Positions 35,585 through 46,900 of a DNA stretch of 64,000 nucleotides are shown here, piece after piece. Position numbers and translations under genes: made by a program. The notes beneath the pieces were generated by a model. That model saw only the letters and a program-made list of their open reading frames with translations. It was not told the origin of the DNA and did not search any database. This DNA is from a virus, in the IMG/VR virus record IMGVR_UViG_3300042374_001687, positions 1 through 64,000 of that record; one strand, written 5' to 3'. Position 1 is the first letter of the stretch. The number at the start of each line of letters is the position of its first letter.

Positions 35585-37081
35585 TCAAGAGCCGTGGGTA
35601 TCAAACATCTGCTGCAATTTGCCTTTGTTAATGTCTTTTATTACGGTGCCTCTGAAGTGCGGCGGCACATTATCCAGCCCCTTTTCCTTGATTTCGGGGT
35701 GTACTTCTTTGGTGGGATTTCCCTTTTCGTCCCTTGAATACCAACTAACCAATTTAGTTGGATCCGGCGAGAAGTCGGCGAACTTCTTAACGCTTTTAGC
35801 CCAGTCGGGTCGCGGGGTTTTCACCGTGTGCTTGTCAACGACATCAAAAAGTTCAACCCATTTTCTTATCTGATCCTTAGTTATGCCGAGTATTTTTCTC
35901 TTGTTAATAAGATCATCTAGTTGATCTTTGTCAAATTCCTTCAGTCTCAAAAGATAAACGACTGTGTCCCTTTCTTGATTAGACCATCCAGTTGGGGCCT
36001 CTTTTTCCCCAACCTTCCTGCTTCTTCCTAAAACTTGCCCAACCATTTCGGTTGGGTTTTCCTTAAGTATCCAAGCCAAGGCGAGGAACTTGTCTTTTTT
36101 GTCGCGCAACTGCAGTGGGACATCAACGCTCAAATGTACGCCCGGTAGGACTTTCTTCAATAGGCCGAGCCTAGAATACAAGGAGATGTATTTCCTTGGA
36201 TCTATATCAACATCCTCCAGACCCTTCAAGAACTCTTCACGAACCCTCTCTAGGGCTACGCCGTCAAGATCCGAGAATTTTGATATAGCATCCTTGATAG
36301 AGACATCCATCGGCTGCTTTCCGTATTTGGACTGCATCCTTATGGCTCTCATCACTCTGAGTTTGTCCTCGTCAAACCTGGCTTCGGCTTTTCCTACAGC
36401 TCTTATCGTGCCGGAGTGTATGTCGTGATATCCTGATTTGGTCGGGTCATAGAGTTTGTTGTTTTCCCCATCGGCCTTGTTCAATTCTATGTACATCGCA
36501 TTTATTGTGAAGTCCCTTCTTTCGGCATCTTCGTGGGGATTGTCCACAAAATCAACCTCGGACTGGCCGTTGACTGTCTTTGCGTCCTTCCTGAAGGTCG
36601 CTATATCAAATTCCTCTCCGTTCACAACGGCACCGACGACAAAGGGCTTGTCTGCGGAATCTCTGCCCTTCAAGTAGTACTTCTTATTGTCTTGATCGTC
36701 CGCCACCTTCGGCTTGAAAGGCAGATCCCAGCTGGGGTCCTCTCTGGTTATAGAAAAACCCGCGTTATGCAGAATGAGTGCTATCTGTTCCGGAGTGGCG
36801 TTTGTGGCAAGGTCCAAGTCTTTGGATTTTTTTCCGAGGAGAAAGTCCCTTACCGGGCCGCCGACGAGAAAAAGAGACTTCTTCGGCATCGTCACCTTGG
36901 AAGAAAGGTCGTTTGTCAACGATATGGATCCGCTGTCAAGGAAGGCTTGTATGACGGGTCGCAAATTGGAAGGCGGAACAAACCCCTTCTCTAGCTTCAA
37001 GTATTCCTTGCGCCAGTCTTTCTTTTCAATCTCCTCGGAGATTATGTTTTTTTCGGATACGAATTCCTTGAATGATTTCAT
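35585..37081 (-). CDS. cca: Class II tRNA nucleotidyltransferase (CCA-adding / poly(A) polymerase family); CTS-like start
   Basis: VGGPVRD, DLDLAT, RRDFTINA, EDKLR, ERVREE; starts MKSFKEFVSE. Confidence 0.88.
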   Translation of the reverse strand: MKSFKEFVSEKNIISEEIEKKDWRKEYLKLEKGFVPPSNLRPVIQAFLDSGSISLTNDLSSKVTMPKKSLFLVGGPVRDFLLGKKSKDLDLATNATPEQIALILHNAGFSITREDPSWDLPFKPKVADDQDNKKYYLKGRDSADKPFVVGAVVNGEEFDIATFRKDAKTVNGQSEVDFVDNPHEDAERRDFTINAMYIELNKADGENNKLYDPTKSGYHDIHSGTIRAVGKAEARFDEDKLRVMRAIRMQSKYGKQPMDVSIKDAISKFSDLDGVALERVREEFLKGLEDVDIDPRKYISLYSRLGLLKKVLPGVHLSVDVPLQLRDKKDKFLALAWILKENPTEMVGQVLGRSRKVGEKEAPTGWSNQERDTVVYLLRLKEFDKDQLDDLINKRKILGITKDQIRKWVELFDVVDKHTVKTPRPDWAKSVKKFADFSPDPTKLVSWYSRDEKGNPTKEVHPEIKEKGLDNVPPHFRGTVIKDINKGKLQQMFDTHGS

Positions 37082-37089
37082 ATGATTCC

Positions 37090-37773
37090 TCAATCGTTTT
37101 CAAAATTTTGTCGCTTGATTCCGTCGGGCACATTGTCGCGGCGCTTGAAAGAAAACACGCATGTCAAGATGTTGTTGCTGTCGGCGTGCTCCAGTTCTGT
37201 CTGCGGGTTGTCAAAGTCATATTTTGAAAGTTCCTCGCTTCCTACTTCGTCGCTCCAAACATTCAAGGTCATAATATGTATAAGGGTCTTGGTGAAGGCC
37301 ATCGCGAAGCCAAATTCACTATTGTTTCCAGGGGCGGGAGCTATGAATTTTCCGGAACTCTCAGGCTCGCCCACCTTCCTGACCCTATTGTCGTTTTCAG
37401 GATCTTGGATGATGCTGCTTACCGTCTTCCAAGACGTGGATGTCATACTGTATTTCGGATTGCCATAATCGTCTCTTTCCAAGGCGGGAAGTTGTAGCGG
37501 CAGCGAAATTCCATTGGGTATCTTTCTTGAGACGGCCGTCGGTATTTCCTCAACCTGCGGCGATGGCCTTATATTAACGCCCATTCTGTCTTGGGCCCTT
37601 CTGACTCCCAATCCGATTCCGCCGCCAAGACCCGTGAGGGCAGCACTGATCGGCGCCTGTGTTCTCGAGCTGCCGAACGGGATGCCGTACATATTTCCCT
37701 TGTCCGTCACGGCGTCCGAAGGAAGCCTATTTCTTGTCGCTATTTCCGAAACCAGCCATTCTTTGAAGTTCAT
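37090..37773 (-). CDS. Hypothetical protein with CTS-like start
   Basis: MNFKEWLVSE; ATGA overlap with the upstream gene. Confidence 0.65.
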   Translation of the reverse strand: MNFKEWLVSEIATRNRLPSDAVTDKGNMYGIPFGSSRTQAPISAALTGLGGGIGLGVRRAQDRMGVNIRPSPQVEEIPTAVSRKIPNGISLPLQLPALERDDYGNPKYSMTSTSWKTVSSIIQDPENDNRVRKVGEPESSGKFIAPAPGNNSEFGFAMAFTKTLIHIMTLNVWSDEVGSEELSKYDFDNPQTELEHADSNNILTCVFSFKRRDNVPDGIKRQNFEND

Positions 37774-38126
37774 AACGGAGCCTGTAGTCCTAATTTTGTC
37801 AACAACCATGCGGCCATGGAAACCCAAACTAATTGTACAACGAAGTTGAGAACCATGTTCCAGTTGGCCCTCCTCTTGTCGTGATCCGACTCGAAGGATC
37901 TGACCTTACTATCTATTTCATATAGCTGCTTTTTTATGCCTTCTATATCATTAGATTCTAGGGACTTGACCCTTACCTCCAGGTCATGCCTTGTTCGCAT
38001 CAGATTGTCAACTTCTTTCTCAAGTTCAAGGTTTCTTTTCGTTACGGTTTTAACCCTGTCCGAAATTTTATCTATGGATTCCCAAAAAGATGGATCACCC
38101 TCTTTGTCCATGAGTACCTTTGGCAA
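37770..38126 (-). CDS. Coiled-coil protein with C-terminal TM
   Basis: Heptad pattern followed by a hydrophobic C-terminus. Confidence 0.6.
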   Translation of the reverse strand: MPKVLMDKEGDPSFWESIDKISDRVKTVTKRNLELEKEVDNLMRTRHDLEVRVKSLESNDIEGIKKQLYEIDSKVRSFESDHDKRRANWNMVLNFVVQLVWVSMAAWLLTKLGLQAPL

Positions 38127-38146
38127 TTAATTGTAAGAAGTCATTC

Positions 38147-38152
38147 TATATA
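38147..38152. promoter_or_regulatory. TATATA late-promoter-like hexamer between divergent operons (representative copy)
   Basis: Same TAnATA motif at 599, 2633, 7337, 9132, 15345, 15994, 17712, 20453, 20488, 26968, 27112, 28468, 29283, 29761, 40349 and 58450. Confidence 0.65.
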
Positions 38153-38158
38153 GTTGAT

Positions 38159-38599
38159 ATGGACAAAGAACTGGAAGTGGTGGAGGCGGAGGTAGAGAAT
38201 GGGGTGATGAATCCCAAATCCCAGGAATTGTCAATTATTAGCGACGAGTCCCTTTTGGGGGTGTACGGCGAGATAATGAACAATCTGCGCGACGATAGGA
38301 ACCAAGTTTCTGGTCTAGTTGATACTTTTTCAAACATGGTTCTTAACGATGGAGATTCATCGACCGCAAGCAAGGAGGCCCTTGTCAACCTTCTTAAGAC
38401 AAAGATTGAGACAAGCGACAAGATGGCAAAGATAGCCGATCTCATGACGAGAATCAAACTCAAGCAACCCGACACTTTCCAGCCTTGGATGGGAAAAGGA
38501 AAGGAAAAGGGCGGCAACACAATCAACATATACGACTCGAGCGGCATAAACAGAAAGTCGCTTATGGAGAAGATACAGAGGGAGAAGAAGGAACCATGA
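38159..38599 (+). CDS. Hypothetical helical protein
   Basis: ATG 6 nt after TATATA. Confidence 0.6.
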   Translation: MDKELEVVEAEVENGVMNPKSQELSIISDESLLGVYGEIMNNLRDDRNQVSGLVDTFSNMVLNDGDSSTASKEALVNLLKTKIETSDKMAKIADLMTRIKLKQPDTFQPWMGKGKEKGGNTINIYDSSGINRKSLMEKIQREKKEP

Positions 38600-39858
38600 A
38601 TCACAATCTTGAATTTTGGCTAGAAGCGGAGATGGATGCGGCGTCGGCTCAGACGAGCCAACAGCCAACAGAACAAGAGCCCTCCGAGGAAATGCAAGCA
38701 CAGGATCAAAATCTTGGGATAGAGCCGGAATCACAGCAGCAGAATGATGACGTGACGGAGGATCCAGAAGTTCCGGACATGCCCGAAGAGTCCGACTCAG
38801 AGTTGGATTTTGAAGTTTGGAAATCAAACTACTTCAAGGAAAGCATAAAGGGGGATGCGGCGAAGCTCATGGACATGCTTTCTCCAATGAGAGATCGGGA
38901 TGAAATGGAGCCCTACCAGAGAAAGTTCATCGAGGACAACTGGAACATACAGTTATTGAGAATGAACTCAAACATCGCGAGCGCATCCAAGAACATAAGG
39001 AAGAGCATTAAGGATCAGCTTGACAAGAACAATCCAGCAACGAGCGTTGTCAACCACATATTTCAAGGCCTGGAGCCGGTTCCCGGACTGAATGAGGCTC
39101 TCATAAGGATGATGGGATACAGCGGAAACAAGGGCGAGATACACAGAAAGTTCTTGGCCGCCCTTACAGGTTCGGTGCAAGTCAGCAGCAGTCCCGATAA
39201 AGAAAATATCATCTTCAACGAGAAGGAGTACTCAATAAAGATGTCTACCAGGCTCAACTCGGAATGGGGCGAGGTTGCTCTTGGCAGTTGGTGCTTGAGG
39301 GAGGATGATCCTGAGAGATATTTGTCGGAGCCAGAACTCAAGAGACTTTCAGACGGAAGTCCCGAAGAAAGAGATGTGCTAAGAAGAAGAATCGTGGTTG
39401 AATCAATTGCCAAGCAATTTGACGAGCAAGCATTCATTATAAATGTCGTGGATGAGGGCGGAACGATTTACTACTTGGGCTGGGACATGTCTAACGCTCT
39501 CAGGGGAGCCTACGCCGAAGGAAAGATTCTAGTTAAGACCGTGCGGTCTGAGAACTCAGAAGCCATGATCACGGACGACGGCCAAATAGTCCCGATGATA
39601 GACCTCAAGATTTACTTCGTCAAAGAAACAGATGGTCAAGATGAGTACGGCAACCCCAGGATGGACGAGATAGAGTTCATGGAAAAAAGAAACGGCATGC
39701 TCTTCTTAACGGCCGGCTTATCAACAATCAGGGAAGCGGCAGAATCTATGCAAGGCACGGAGTTCAAGGAGTTCGCATATCCTGGCAATCCGAGCGACTT
39801 GAAAGTTCTGAAGAGATGTGTTTACAGCGTACACGACCTACTGATGAGGCAATGCTAA
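38596..39858 (+). CDS. Hypothetical protein with acidic N-terminus (probable virion protein)
   Basis: ATGA overlap; LEFWLEAE start. Confidence 0.6.
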   Translation: MNHNLEFWLEAEMDAASAQTSQQPTEQEPSEEMQAQDQNLGIEPESQQQNDDVTEDPEVPDMPEESDSELDFEVWKSNYFKESIKGDAAKLMDMLSPMRDRDEMEPYQRKFIEDNWNIQLLRMNSNIASASKNIRKSIKDQLDKNNPATSVVNHIFQGLEPVPGLNEALIRMMGYSGNKGEIHRKFLAALTGSVQVSSSPDKENIIFNEKEYSIKMSTRLNSEWGEVALGSWCLREDDPERYLSEPELKRLSDGSPEERDVLRRRIVVESIAKQFDEQAFIINVVDEGGTIYYLGWDMSNALRGAYAEGKILVKTVRSENSEAMITDDGQIVPMIDLKIYFVKETDGQDEYGNPRMDEIEFMEKRNGMLFLTAGLSTIREAAESMQGTEFKEFAYPGNPSDLKVLKRCVYSVHDLLMRQC

Positions 39859-39859
39859 A

Positions 39860-40321
39860 ATGAGATTTTCAAGTTTTATAGACAAGAAAAACGCGAGAGC
39901 CAGAGAAGAGCTGGAGATCATACGAGATATACTGGGTGAGGGTGGGCTCAAGGTGGATGACTTCTTAAAGAGCGACAATCCTTATCTGTTTCTCAGCACC
40001 CCTCAGGAAGGACTCAACTTTGAGGGCGTCCGCATATACAAGGTGGGATCTAACCTTGCTTATAGAATACAAAACGAAAGCGACACAGAGCCGTACGGCA
40101 AGGCCTACTCATTGAACTTGGAGGAGGTTTTCTCGGATCTCATATCCGACATGACCGGCGAGGAGGCCGCCGAGAAGATAAAAGAGGCGGTAGTGGACGA
40201 GTTCAAGAACTTCTTTAAGAAAAGCTCCGAGGCTCAAGAAGAACTCAATTCCACCCCGAATGATCCACAGAACAAGATAATAGTCAACGGAAGTGCCGGA
40301 GACTTATCCAACAGCATGTGA
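39860..40321 (+). CDS. Hypothetical protein with CTS-like start
   Basis: MRFSSFID. Confidence 0.6.
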   Translation: MRFSSFIDKKNARAREELEIIRDILGEGGLKVDDFLKSDNPYLFLSTPQEGLNFEGVRIYKVGSNLAYRIQNESDTEPYGKAYSLNLEEVFSDLISDMTGEEAAEKIKEAVVDEFKNFFKKSSEAQEELNSTPNDPQNKIIVNGSAGDLSNSM

Positions 40322-40390
40322 TCTGACCAAAATTTCCGCCAAAAAGCCTATATACGTAGCCCACCCCACCGGCTTACCCATAGGCTATAA

Positions 40391-40936
40391 ATGGCTTTTC
40401 AACCCCGAAATAGATCGAGTCTACTAGAGCAGTTCTTTGCTCCGGTTCGTCAAGATGTTGTAACCAACCCGAACCGAAGAATGAAAGGCAACTTTATTGC
40501 CGTGAGGGGAAGCCTTGTGAGCTTCAACTACACTTTCTGGCGTCATGATCCTTACCCACTCATCATAGTTGTGGAGAACAATCCCGCTTCTGACAAGATC
40601 TCAGGAATAAACTTGCACAGGCTTACCTTTCCTTCAATAAGGGATCTAATAGCCAGAACCGGCAAGATGGGGTTTTCCTACAAGTCGGTATCGGATGATG
40701 AGAACTTCAAGGCGGCATACAGATCCTACAAAAGGGCGGGTATAAGGCAAATGAAGGTTCTGGATAGCAAGTTCTTGCTGAGTGTGATGTCGGCCGTGCG
40801 GTCATATGACCCGGCCGAGGTTCAAATCATAAGACGACAAGTTCAAGAGCAGATAAGGCAGCAGATAAACCCAAAAGCAAGCCAAATGACTAATTTAAAC
40901 CAGCCCCAGCAAGGACAGATTAACACCGGAGAGTGA
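40391..40936 (+). CDS. T4 gp2-like DNA end protector
   Basis: DPYPLII...GINLHRL...YRSY pattern. Confidence 0.6.
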   Translation: MAFQPRNRSSLLEQFFAPVRQDVVTNPNRRMKGNFIAVRGSLVSFNYTFWRHDPYPLIIVVENNPASDKISGINLHRLTFPSIRDLIARTGKMGFSYKSVSDDENFKAAYRSYKRAGIRQMKVLDSKFLLSVMSAVRSYDPAEVQIIRRQVQEQIRQQINPKASQMTNLNQPQQGQINTGE

Positions 40937-43900
40937 TGGCAGAGATAAATGATTCACGCGGAAGAGTAACCGAAATCAATAGTGCTGAATTTGAAAAATT
41001 ATCGGCCTCGCTGCTGTCTGCCACGAAGATAGTGATAGACAATGTGTCTAAAATGGCCAAAGATCAAAGTTTGAATTCGGAAATTGTCAAGGCATTGGGC
41101 GATCTAGGCGAAAATGTTAGCAATAATGTAGAAGCATTGCGGAACTTGGTCGCTCAGATTAAGGAAGTTGGGGATGAACTTGAGAAACAAAAATCTGCCT
41201 CCTCCGAAGCAAGCAAAGGCGATAGGCAGTCATTAAGAGAAACAAATAGCATACTTCAAAAAATACTGGCTAGCCATGAAAAGGCCAGACAAGAAGTGTC
41301 GGAACGCATTCTTTTGGGTGCCGGTGCGGCAACGGCAGCGATAGGCGCGGACAGCCGTGCGGAAAGGGCGGCTGCGGCGGCGTTGAGGCATGGATCTGGT
41401 GGTGGACGAAACGGAGGAGGGCCGCCCATTAACCCATCTTCGCCGGGAGATCCGGGCGATGCTGCAAGGTATAGAAAGCACGGCGAGGATCTAGCTGCCT
41501 ACATCAACCAAGGGTTCAATGACAATTTTAAGGTACGGATGGCCAAGCTTGCGATGGGCGTTAGCAGCATGATGCTTGGCGGGCATGGGAGTTTAATACA
41601 GAGCATCTTTGCGGGCTCCGTGGCCGATGCCACAGAGTTCGGACAAGAGATGAAGGAAATAGCATTTCAAACACAAGGCGTAACGGGTGAATTTAGAAAT
41701 ATGCAGAACGAGTTCGCCAATCTAGGCGGCTCGGTCGTCAGTGAGACAGGCAAGACTGTGGACGCTCTCCAAAAGGCAGTGACTACAAACTTCAAGAAAG
41801 GATTCAAGAATCAAAAGGATGGGTTAAAGGTTCTCAAGTCTGGCTTGTTCTTGTCTACGATGATCGGATCAGAGACGCAGCAGACGGCCGAGCTGTTTGG
41901 TGATTGGCACAGGACGCTCGGAATGAGCGCAAACCAAATGAGCGACCTCGCAAGAAGCATGAGGGATGTCGCTCTTTCAACGGGGGTGACCGGGGATGAG
42001 CTTTTGGGAGCAATGAAATCGTCCGAGGGAATCCTCAAAAACATGAGGAACCAAGGAATCCTCACATCCTCAGCGGCAAGATCAACGATACAGATGGTCG
42101 CCGAGTTCAAGAAGACCGGGTTTGAAGAGAACACAAAGTTCGTAGAGGCTATGTCCAGTTATGCCGGGATGATGAATGCCGATCAGCGTACTCAAGCTCT
42201 TCTTTTTAGCGTTGCTGCACAAGCTGGGGGCGATGCGTCGGAGAGGATGATTTTTGGAAATTTCGGAAAGACCAGAAAGGATCAATCGGTTTTTGCTTCA
42301 AGTTTGAAAGATATGGTTGCTGAGGCGATAGGAAGAGGTCCCGGCCAAGGAAAGAACTTGGATTTCAAAAATCTGTCCGAGGAAGAAAGACAGATATTGT
42401 CTGTATTTTCAGAAAGCTTGGGAACAAGCATAGCCGGGTTGGAGAGTTTGGCGTCAACATATGAAAAGTCCAGTAGGGGACTAGACGCAACATTAGAAGA
42501 GCTTGACAAGAAAGCCAGTTCCAAGTTTGGGACAGAAGAAGAGAAGAAACAAGCCTTACAGCAGAAGAATCAAGCGATAATGGGCGCTGGACAGAACGCC
42601 CTTGCGTCGCTCAGAGAAAAATCGGCTGAGGATATAAATCTAAAAGACGCAATGAAGCAGATCTACGAGAGTAGAGATTTTTCAAATAGTAAAGATGATA
42701 TGTCGTCAGCCATGATAAATCTCGCCTCAAATTCCGCCGAGATGGCCAAAAAGTTTGGCCTCAGCGGAACGAAGGAGCAGATGGCAGCACAAGTTGCTGG
42801 GATGGGTGAACAAAAGTTTTTTGAAAACAGCATGGTTGCGAGCGTAGAGGCCCTTATGAAGGGTCAAAAGGAACAAGGATTGGATGTCGGCGACTACAGT
42901 GCGATGCTCAAGGCGCTAAAAACGGGCGACACAAAGACATTCAATGAGATGTACGACAAGTTTGACAAGGATCAAAAGATTCTTGCGACAAAGACTGAGG
43001 CGGCTCTGGATCCGGCAAAGGCCCTCGCGAATAGCATGGCTGAGTTTAATGAGAAGGTCAGGAACTTTGTTTCTAAATTCGTATCTTCCTCTATGGCCTT
43101 GATAGGATCCATGGGCTTGCTTGCGCTTCAAATAGGACTAAACAGTGCGGCGTTGTGGGCGACGCTGGGAAGCCCAGTCAGAGGAATAGGATCGTGGCTC
43201 GCTGGTTTGGGGGGCATGGGCGGGACAGCGGCTGGGGCTGCGGGGGTCGGCGGCGCGGGCGGCAAGCGATTTAATCCGAGAGACATTTTTGGATCATTGG
43301 ATGAAACGGGAGATAGATGGAAAAACAACATTGTCGGATCATTAGAGGATGTTGGAGAAAGAGGATCTAAATTCTTCAATAAGGTTGGAAATGCTTTTGA
43401 AAATGCTTCACGATCATTCAAGGAGTCAAGAAAAGGAATTGATGCCTATTTCTTCAAATTGAAGCCCAAGGGAATTTTTGAGTCGCTTTTGAATTCTGGG
43501 GACGCTTTTTTGGACACATTTTCAAAGTCCAAGACGAAGCCGCTAACAAAGTTGTTGGACAGTTTCAAAAACACGAGACCTTATAAGACTACAGCTTCGG
43601 CACTGGATCATGTGAAAAAAGCATTTAAAGAAAGCAGCAAGGCATTCGCTCTGGCTAGGCGCGGAAATGCAGGGTTGGGTTTCAAGGTTCCCCCAAAGAA
43701 CATACTCAAATCGTCATTCCAGTCCGTGGATAAGTTTTTTGATGTTTTTACGGGAGGTAGAGTAGCCAAGGGCTTTAATTTCATTACAAACTCCTTCAAG
43801 AATGTATGGAAGGGTTTAAAAATAGACTTGGTGGGAGGACCCAATCCATTTGATTTAATTTCTAGAGCCTGGAAGAGCAAGGGGGGCTTCTCTGGCCTGA

Positions 43901-46900
43901 CGAAGGTGTTCTCTGGCGGCTTCGGGGGCTTCTTTAGAAACATCGGCGGAATATTCAAAGGTGGCATGATGGCCACCGCGAAGGGAGCAAGGGCGGCAAT
44001 ATTGGGGGGTACTGCCGGAACCGCCCAATTGGTCTTTACGGCTATCGACGCGGTGTTTGGTGCAGTCAGCGGATTCCAGAACACCGGAAAGAACTTTGAA
44101 GGACTAATGAAGGCCATGGGCAAAGAGACCCAAGACATGACATGGGGAATGTACGCCGCGTCAACGACCTCGGGAGCATTAGTTGGAATATTGGATGGTT
44201 TGACATTCGGCTTGCTGAGGTTCAGCGGGGCTGCTGAGTGGCTTGAGAAGTTCTTGTCCTTGACGCTTTATGGAGCGTTCACAATTTTTGAGGGAGTGCT
44301 CCAAGGTTTCTACGATGTTCTAAAACCAGTTGGCAGGGCGTTTTTATACATAGGAGAGCAATTCAAGGGAATCGGAGAATCGTTCCTGAAGGTTTTCAAC
44401 TCAATAGCCAGCATATTCGGTGCGGAAGCGGCCGATTTGAGCGGAGCATTTGCCTTAATTATTCCGTGGCTGAAGCCGATAGGAAGAGCAATTGGTTGGA
44501 TTGTTGGAGCACCAATAGGAGCCGCACTCTGGGTTGTGGTCAAGGCCATAAGCGCCGTAATAGGTGTTGTTGAAATTTTAGCAAATGTATTTGCTGCCGC
44601 AGTTAAATGGGTTACAAGTTTTGTAAAGGCAATAGGCTCTATATTTACTGGCGATTGGAGTGCACTAGGGAAGAACTTGACAGACATGGGCGGAGCAATG
44701 TTGGATGCGGTTACAGGCATATTCAAACCAATAGTCAATTGGATTTGGAGCATAGCCGCAGACATAATATCTCCTTTCAAATGGCTAGGTGATATTCTTA
44801 TATGGAATTCAATAATTCCAGACATGTGTTACGGAATAGCAGGCTTCTTTGCCGGAATGGCAAAAACCGTTTTGCTTGGACTTGGAAAGTTCGTGTTCAA
44901 TGTGGCGCGCTTTTTCTTAAAGCTTCCGTTCAAAATAATGAAGGGCTTGTTCAACACCTTTGTTAGGTCTCCCATAAAGCTCATGGGAAGATTCATAAAA
45001 GGAGCTGCTAAGGTGTGGCAGAACCTATCGCCGTATGTTGACGAATTCTTCTCGCTTTTTAAGAAAAACTTGTACGATTATGTCGGCATAGCGATAAGGG
45101 CTTGGAAGGGGTTGTTGGACTACATATCAGGAGGGTGGTTTAGCAAGATATTGGGTTGGCTTAAGGGATTTGGGAAATGGATAGACGATTATATCTGGCA
45201 ACCTTTGAAGGACTTGGGGGGCAAAGTTCTAAAGTGGGCGGACGAATACATATTGACACCTTTGAAAAATCTTGGGTCAAGAGTCGCAAAGTTAGCGGAT
45301 GACTGGCTCGTCAAACCGTTCGCCAGCGCAATGCAATCAATAAGCCAGAAGTTCAGCGACTATCTTTTCAAGCCCGTGACCAATTTCTTGCAAAAGATCG
45401 GCCTAATAGGAAAAGAGACTGCAAAGAGTGCAGGAAAAGCGGCTACTGCCGCAGCCAACCCAGTCGCATCCGCAGCGGATGATGCAGCAAAGGCTGCGGG
45501 GAAGGCTGCGGCTCAAAAGGGCGGTTGGTTCAGAAAGATTTTCGGAAATGCGGATGATGTGGCAAAAACCAATCCCTTCGGCAAAATGGGAGGCAGTATG
45601 GGTAAGGCCGCTAGAGCAACATCAAAGGCTGCTGTTGTTGATGATGCCGCGAAGGTGGTTTTGTCCAGTGCCGATGATATTGCAAAGGCGGCTCCCAAGG
45701 CGCTTGGCTTCTTAGGTAAGGCGTCTAAATTTGTCGGCGTTGCAGCAAAGAAACTCCCTGTCGTGGGCCCGCTGATTGATTTCGGCATTAGAAAGATGAC
45801 GGGCGAGAGCACAAGTAAGGCGGCAGTAGGGGCTGCCGGCGGGATGGCCGGAGGTCTTGCCGGGGCGGCGGCGGGCGCGGCTATAGGAAGCATAATTCCA
45901 GTTATAGGAACCGGAGTAGGGGCTTTTGTTGGGGGTATTGTCGGCAGTCTCGGCGGAGGATGGATAGCAGATACGATATATGACAATGTAGGAGGAGCAT
46001 TTAGCACCATTGGCAGCGGGTTGAAATCAACCTTCGTTGACTTTCCGATGTGGGTAGGAGGAAAGGTCAAGGACGGATTCAACTCTGTCGGTTCATGGAT
46101 AGGAGAAAAGGCGTATGGAGTCTATGAGTCGGCCGGGGGTGCGGTTGACTGGGCCTTGAAGAAATCCGAACAGCTCGGCAACTACATGGGCAAGATGCTA
46201 GATCCGGCAGCTTGGGGAACATGGCTGGGTGGTTTGCAAGAAGGATTGAATGGAATATGGGGATGGATGAAAGGATGGATTCCGGGGCTAGGGGCGGCTG
46301 CGGAGGGCTTCAGCCAGACGGCAGCCGAACAAGCCAGATCGATGGAGACCAACGGCCCAAGCACTGCACACGCAGTAGGTAGCGTCTATGGGGCTGGGGC
46401 GAACTTGTTGCAAGGTAATGTCTGGGAGGCCGGCTCTAAGGCTGGAATGGCCATACAAGAAACGGGAATGGCGGCAGTAGAGAATGCCAAGATCGTGGGA
46501 GCAGCAATACAAAAAGGATTTAGTTCGGCTTGGGGAGGACTGAAGTCGATGTTCGGCTATGGAGATTCATTGGACAAGCAAGTGGAACAAGGAAAGGCCA
46601 TGGAAAAAACCATGGAAATGGGACAAAACCCTGGGTCCATATATGTTCATGACACTCATACGGAAAAAGCCCTCAACGATTTGATGGGCAAACTGATGCC
46701 AGCAGCAACTTCCGGATCGGGTCTTGAAAACCTATTGAAGAAGACGCAAGTGGGCCTAGAGGACAGGGCGGTGGCACTCACCACGCCGGTTGGGCACCAC
46801 GCAATCCCGATGGTAAGGCCAGAAAGCGAATCGGAGGTCGGTGCAGTTCAGCCAGTTCACTTGCGCGACATAACCGAGTCCATACTTAGAGAAAAGACAA

